Origin: Clostridiales bacterium
GTDB lineage: Bacteria; Bacillota; Limnochordia; Darwinibacteriales; B1SED10-159
NCBI GenBank assembly: GCA_003559095.1
Contig: PWMW01000057.1
Location: 6,538 to 70,537 of the forward strand
Length of the DNA stretch: 64,000 nucleotides
Direction of reading: 5' to 3'
Shown here: one piece after another, positions 63,820-64,000 of the stretch
Numbering within the stretch: position 1 is the first letter of the stretch
How the letters are laid out: every line of letters starts with the position of its first letter
The notes under the pieces: generated by a model
Seen by the model: only the letters and a program-made list of their open reading frames with translations
Database searches by the model: none
What the model was told of the DNA's origin: nothing
Made by a program: the position numbers and the translations under genes

Positions 63820-64000
63820 TTACAATACCTCGCTTTCTGGTAATCGTTGGAGAAAAGCTCGCATGATCTTCAGTGCACCGTCGTAATCCTGCTGGCTCAG
63901 CACCGACACCGGAGAGTGGATATAACGGCACGGCAGCGCCAATACGGCCGTAGGTACGCCGGCTCGGGTCAAAGATATGGCTCCAGCATCGGTTCCGCCG
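63820..64000 (-). CDS. Second M42-family peptidase, C-terminal part only (5' end outside the window)
   Basis: Manual reverse translation gives GGTDAGAISLTRAGVPTAVLALPCRYIHSPVSVLSQQDYDGALKIMRAFLQRLPESEVL-stop. Confidence 0.7.
   Translation of the reverse strand, partial: GGTDAGAISLTRAGVPTAVLALPCRYIHSPVSVLSQQDYDGALKIMRAFLQRLPESEVL

Overview
This is a 64-kb chromosomal segment. Gene content suggests a GC-rich, Firmicutes/Clostridia-like anaerobe: an Re-type citrate synthase branch, an LDH/Etf lactate module, the DapL lysine route, an M-box riboswitch and strong GGAGG Shine-Dalgarno sites. About 60 tightly packed protein genes lie mostly on the + strand, and nearly all are housekeeping or central metabolism. 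In order they are: niaR with a niacin-transporter-like gene, an rRNA m5C methyltransferase, mtnN, sbcD and sbcC (separated by three inserted membrane/lipid-carrier genes), pgi-manA, and a Fur/Zur regulator with a zinc ABC importer and a poly-His propeller protein. Next come an SDR, a pseudouridine synthase, gdh, a DUF368 gene, tatA, a citrate synthase-aconitase-IDH operon, two FadR-type GntR regulators and an etfBA + FAD lactate dehydrogenase module. The rest are a DegT aminotransferase, a MATE pump, ggt, a DmpA peptidase, tpx, dapF-dapL, a Na+-translocating oxaloacetate decarboxylase, mgtE behind an M-box, a peptide SBP and two M42 peptidases. I saw no rRNA, tRNA, CRISPR array, transposase, integrase or phage genes. 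Six signals are not explained by the ORF track. (1) Four same-orientation copies of a ~119-nt intergenic element have imperfect terminal inverted repeats and a conserved central hairpin, and I cannot assign them to a known family. (2) A HesB/IscA-like gene is invisible to the ORF track because an in-frame TGA sits where the active-site Cys belongs, so it is a likely selenoprotein. (3) An 878-aa fusion joins a class-III aminotransferase to an acyl-ACP-reductase-like domain, under its own promoter, operator and terminators. (4) The sbcD/sbcC pair is split. (5) An AztD-like zinc chaperone candidate carries His/Asp tails on both ends. (6) Several palindromic operators and structured leaders are present. 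All functional calls come from reading motifs by eye; no database search was run.
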